DNA of 64,000 nucleotides from Xylographa opegraphella (Eukaryota): NCBI GenBank assembly GCA_022813865.1, contig JALDZX010000079.1, positions 1 to 64,000 of the forward strand, read 5' to 3'. Shown piece by piece: positions 60,301 to 64,000 of this stretch (position 1 is its first letter; each line of letters starts with the position of its first letter). The notes under the pieces were generated by a model. It saw only the letters and a program-made list of their open reading frames with translations, ran no database searches and was not told where the DNA came from. The position numbers and the translations under genes were made by a program.

Positions 60301-63300
60301 CGCTGAGTCTACAATATACCCGTCTGGGGCATTCGAGAGACGCAGGCGAGGTATTGCAAAAGGTTCGGGAGCATCTTAGTAACGACGGCACGCCACTTCA
60401 CATGAGTTTACGGTGGCACATAGCCTATTCGGAATACCTCGCCGACACAGGCAATTTGGTCAAATCGTAAGTCTGCTCGGAAAATTCAGGGTTGTTATTG
60501 TCGCTAATATATATTCAGTGAAGAACACATACAAAAAGCTACGGAGCTGCTGGCCGACGTGACTGCTACAAGGGAAGCAGACTCAAGCTATTCAAACAAA
60601 GGATTAAGTAAAATATGGGTAAGCGCTGAGATAGCCCACATCCGTTCATTACTCAACGAAACCAAAGGCCACATTTCGGCTTCGTTGTTTTATGCCAAAA
60701 AGAGCGTAAGATTCTCCCAAAGGCTATGGACTATTCTTGACCGTCGAATTGGAGCCGGCATAACTCACAGGACACAAGCAACCGTTCCTGGGGCAACTCG
60801 AGGTTCATCTACCACTTCAATCTTGGAAGCTCAAGATCTTCCGATCGCATCAAGAACACATGCGTCTCTGCAACGCGCCGAATTATGGTCGCTTGTTCCA
60901 GATCTGATCTGCCGACTCAGACACCTTTCAAAGATATTCTCCCATTGTGGGCTTTACCCGGATGCCAGGTACTATGCGGAACAAGCTCTAAGGGTAGCGG
61001 ATGCTGTAGGCGCCACTCCTTACCAATCTCAACTCAATATTATTATCGGAAATTATGAGGTTCGGTGTGGAAAGCTCGATAACGGGCTTTCCCGAATCTT
61101 GAAAAGCATGGATACTGTAGGAGAACAGAGTGGACCCTATGCGAGCGTCGTAGCACAACTTACTCTGGCAAGTGCACTCGCTAAAACTGGTGATACTCAA
61201 GCCGAAGAAGAGGCTCTTGCAAGTGCAAAGATCATGGCTGCAGGAACGATACCTACCGATTCTGCTGCTGAGGAAGTTCATCATGTCTCCGATTCGCTAG
61301 GAGACTTGAGCGTACAGATGCATAAGCTGAACATCAAATCCCGCTCTAGTCGTACTCAACATAGCAAAAGCCGAGCACCAGTTGTCAGCATAAAGGTCAA
61401 AAAGTCCAGAAAACCCGCTAGTACAAAGGTATCGACAGATTCTTTGGCAGCTCAGCCATTGGCATTTCGTCGCTTGCGAGCATCTGTGCTGAGGGAAGAA
61501 TCACAATCTGCACTACGCATGGGAAATCTCGAGGTCTCAAGGGCCTGTCTATCCGAAGCCGGATCGATTCCTGTGAGCCAACAAGATATGGTGGATCATG
61601 CCCTGGCTCTGGCACAGCTTTCTCTGAAAGAAGGACTGTACCAAATTTCCAAAGATCCTGTGTTTAGCGTTTTGTCTGACTCAACGATGTCGTGTCCATC
61701 TGTCGCACTTGCTGGCCGTCGCCGAAGTAAGGACCATCTCTCAACGATAAAACTGCCGGAACCTGGCCCAAAAGCAACAAGATCTCGCTCGCAGCCAACC
61801 ACAAAAGCTGGATCGCGGCTTACCAGCCCGAAACCAAGCCAATTCAGTGAACATCTCCAGAAAGCATTAGCTGCTATTCATACCATTTGCAACATTGCGC
61901 AGCTCATTAGCTCGAGCTCTCGAGTACATCTCCTTTCTTCAATACTTTTCAAGATCGTCATGATGCTTTCGACTACGGCTACGCCAGTCTCTCAAGGTAA
62001 TGTGAGCCCGATGTTTGGGCTTTACGCCATGGAGCTCGGACGCTGTGTGGCCGCAATCAAGAACTCATCGATCATTACCATCGAGAAATTACTGGCTGTT
62101 GATGAGGACAGCGACGGACACAGTTCTGAAACCAACCATTCTATCGTCGATCTCGTTGAGGGCAAAGTCGATATTGCTTCCTTCCAGGCGGATTACATTG
62201 ATATTATACCCACTTCATGGAATGTGATATCAATATCGTTGAGTGAGGATTTCAAAGAATTACGTTTGGCTAAACTTCGGACAGCACAAACACCTTTCAT
62301 GCTTGCGATGCCCCTTGATAGGCACTGCAGCAGAAACGGTGAGGATGAAATCTTCGGTTTTGACGAAGGCAAGTCGGAGCTTTTGGATATCATCGACTTG
62401 TCCAATCATTCCGCGCATGAAGCAAAATCAAGGGACATGTCGAAGAAAGGGGCTAAAACCGAGTGGTGGGAAGCGCGAGCTGCCCTTGACAATCGTCTCA
62501 GGGATCTCGTTAGAAATATTGAGACTATCTGGCTTGGCGGCTTCCGCGGCATTTTTGCGAAGGAAGCTCACCGTCATGATCTGTTAGCTCGATTTCAGAA
62601 ATCGTTTTCCAATATCCTCAACAAGCATCTGCCATCTCGGCGAAAACCAGGCACCGCGTCGGCATCCGTTCGTGTCGCCGTAGATACGCAAGTCCTAGAA
62701 CTCTTTGTGAATCTGGGAAACCCTGCAGAAGTGGATGACCTAGATGAGCCTATAATGGATTTGCTTTATTTCGTTGTCGATGTACTGCAGTTCGGTGGAG
62801 AGCGAAATGCATATGACGAGATTGATTTTGATGCGATTGCGGTGGAAACACTCGATACTCTAACACACTATCATCAGGCTGCCCGCGACAGATCCGAGGA
62901 TGTGGACACGCACACCATTCTAATCCTGGACAAATCCATCCATTGTTTCCCATGGGAGTCACTCCCTTGTCTGTCTGGGCGGTCAGTGTCAAGGCTACCG
63001 TCCTTGACCCATCTTAGAGAGCGGATACTTCAACAATGCCAGCAGGACTCGCAGAACAACGGATGCACCGACAGTGGGTATCATGTTGACCCAAGTGATG
63101 GTGCTTACATACTGAACCCAGCTGGAGATCTGACTTCCACCCAGAAACTATTTCAAAAGCCTCTTGAGTCTTTAAGTAGCTGGTCCGCAACAATGAACAG
63201 AACTCCGAGCGAAATGGAGCTTGAAGCTTCCCTTTCAACCCGATCCATATACCTATATTTTGGGCATGGTAGTGGTAGCCAGTACATCAGCTCTAGGGCT

Positions 63301-63744
63301 GTGCGGAAGCTAGACCGATGTGCAGTGGCATTGTTAATGGGTTGTAGCAGTGGCACCATGACAGAAGAAGGAGAATACGAAAGCCATGGTGTCCCTCTGA
63401 CGTACCTACAGGCTGGAGCACAGGCTGTGGTTGGAACGTTGTGGGACGTGACAGATAAAGATATTGACCGTTTCTCCATGAGTGTGTTGGAAAATTGGGG
63501 CCTTTTTGAGCATGGTTCGGCGATTCAGGATAGAAGCCCCATCAAAGAGGCCAAGGGGAAGAGCAAGGCGAGAGCAGAACTGGTGGCAATGCCCGATGCA
63601 GAACAGAGGCCGCAAAAGCAAGCGATGAGTCTGGATCAGGCCATTGCGAAGGGGAGGAAAGCCTGTTTCCTGAAGTATCTGAATGGAGCGGCGCCAGTCA
63701 TGTATGGGACGCCGGTCTTCTTAAGGTCCAGTATATATAAGTAG
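57309..63744 (+). CDS. ESP1: Separase (peptidase C50; Esp1/Cut1/BimB), 1 intron
   Basis: Two long ORFs joined in frame by intron 60467-60518. C-terminal motifs FPWESLP..VSRLPS, YILNPAGDL..TQ, YFGHGSG (His), LMGCSSG (Cys) and LWDVTDKDIDRF. Confidence 0.96.
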
Positions 63745-64000
63745 CAGGGTATTGAATGTCAATTTTTTGATCATTTTGTGGGCAAAAGTGAAGGGTTGGT
63801 TTTGAAGGTGAGGGAATTAATGCTCGAACCACGGCCACATTATAGAATCCTCAGGGCTTGACATGTTGGCATAAGCTATAGGTATACAGCTCAAGCTCCC
63901 TCACCTTTCATGGTTTTCCCAGCCTCTCAGCCGATCTACACATCAATTTATTCTCGGTCTATCATCTGTTAAATGGTAGACCTATGAACGGCGTTTAAGA

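Overview
Gene-dense eukaryotic DNA from a filamentous ascomycete (Pezizomycotina), judged from short GT-AG introns with CTRAC branch points and recognisable fungal orthologues. About 22 protein-coding genes can be reconstructed by hand. Most are conserved housekeeping genes: cytochrome b561-like protein, BCAS3-like propeller, POB3, NNF1, SAP/Tho1-like, PHO85, AmyR-like Zn2Cys6 factor, AcrB, bL31m, flavin reductase, myosin regulatory light chain-like, MesA/Afi1, DUF5321-like and separase. Three accessory-looking inserts stand out. (1) At 15.5-19.8 kb, a head-to-head pair: a signal-peptide-less, divergent proteinase K-type S8 protease and a 250-aa MGxxxS protein with an amphipathic helix and beta-rich core. 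Their spacer carries four copies of an 11-mer and a 60-bp duplication. This is the best candidate for an undescribed system, possibly a protease-gated membrane effector analogous to, but not recognisably homologous with, fungal gasdermin/protease loci. (2) A divergent FAD monooxygenase/P450 pair. (3) An orphan secreted protein. The window also shows recurring GC-rich islands with a C-rich to G-rich skew switch and a probable RIP-like relic near its start. No tRNA, rRNA, CRISPR array or intact transposon was recognised. All family assignments come from motif recognition without database searches.
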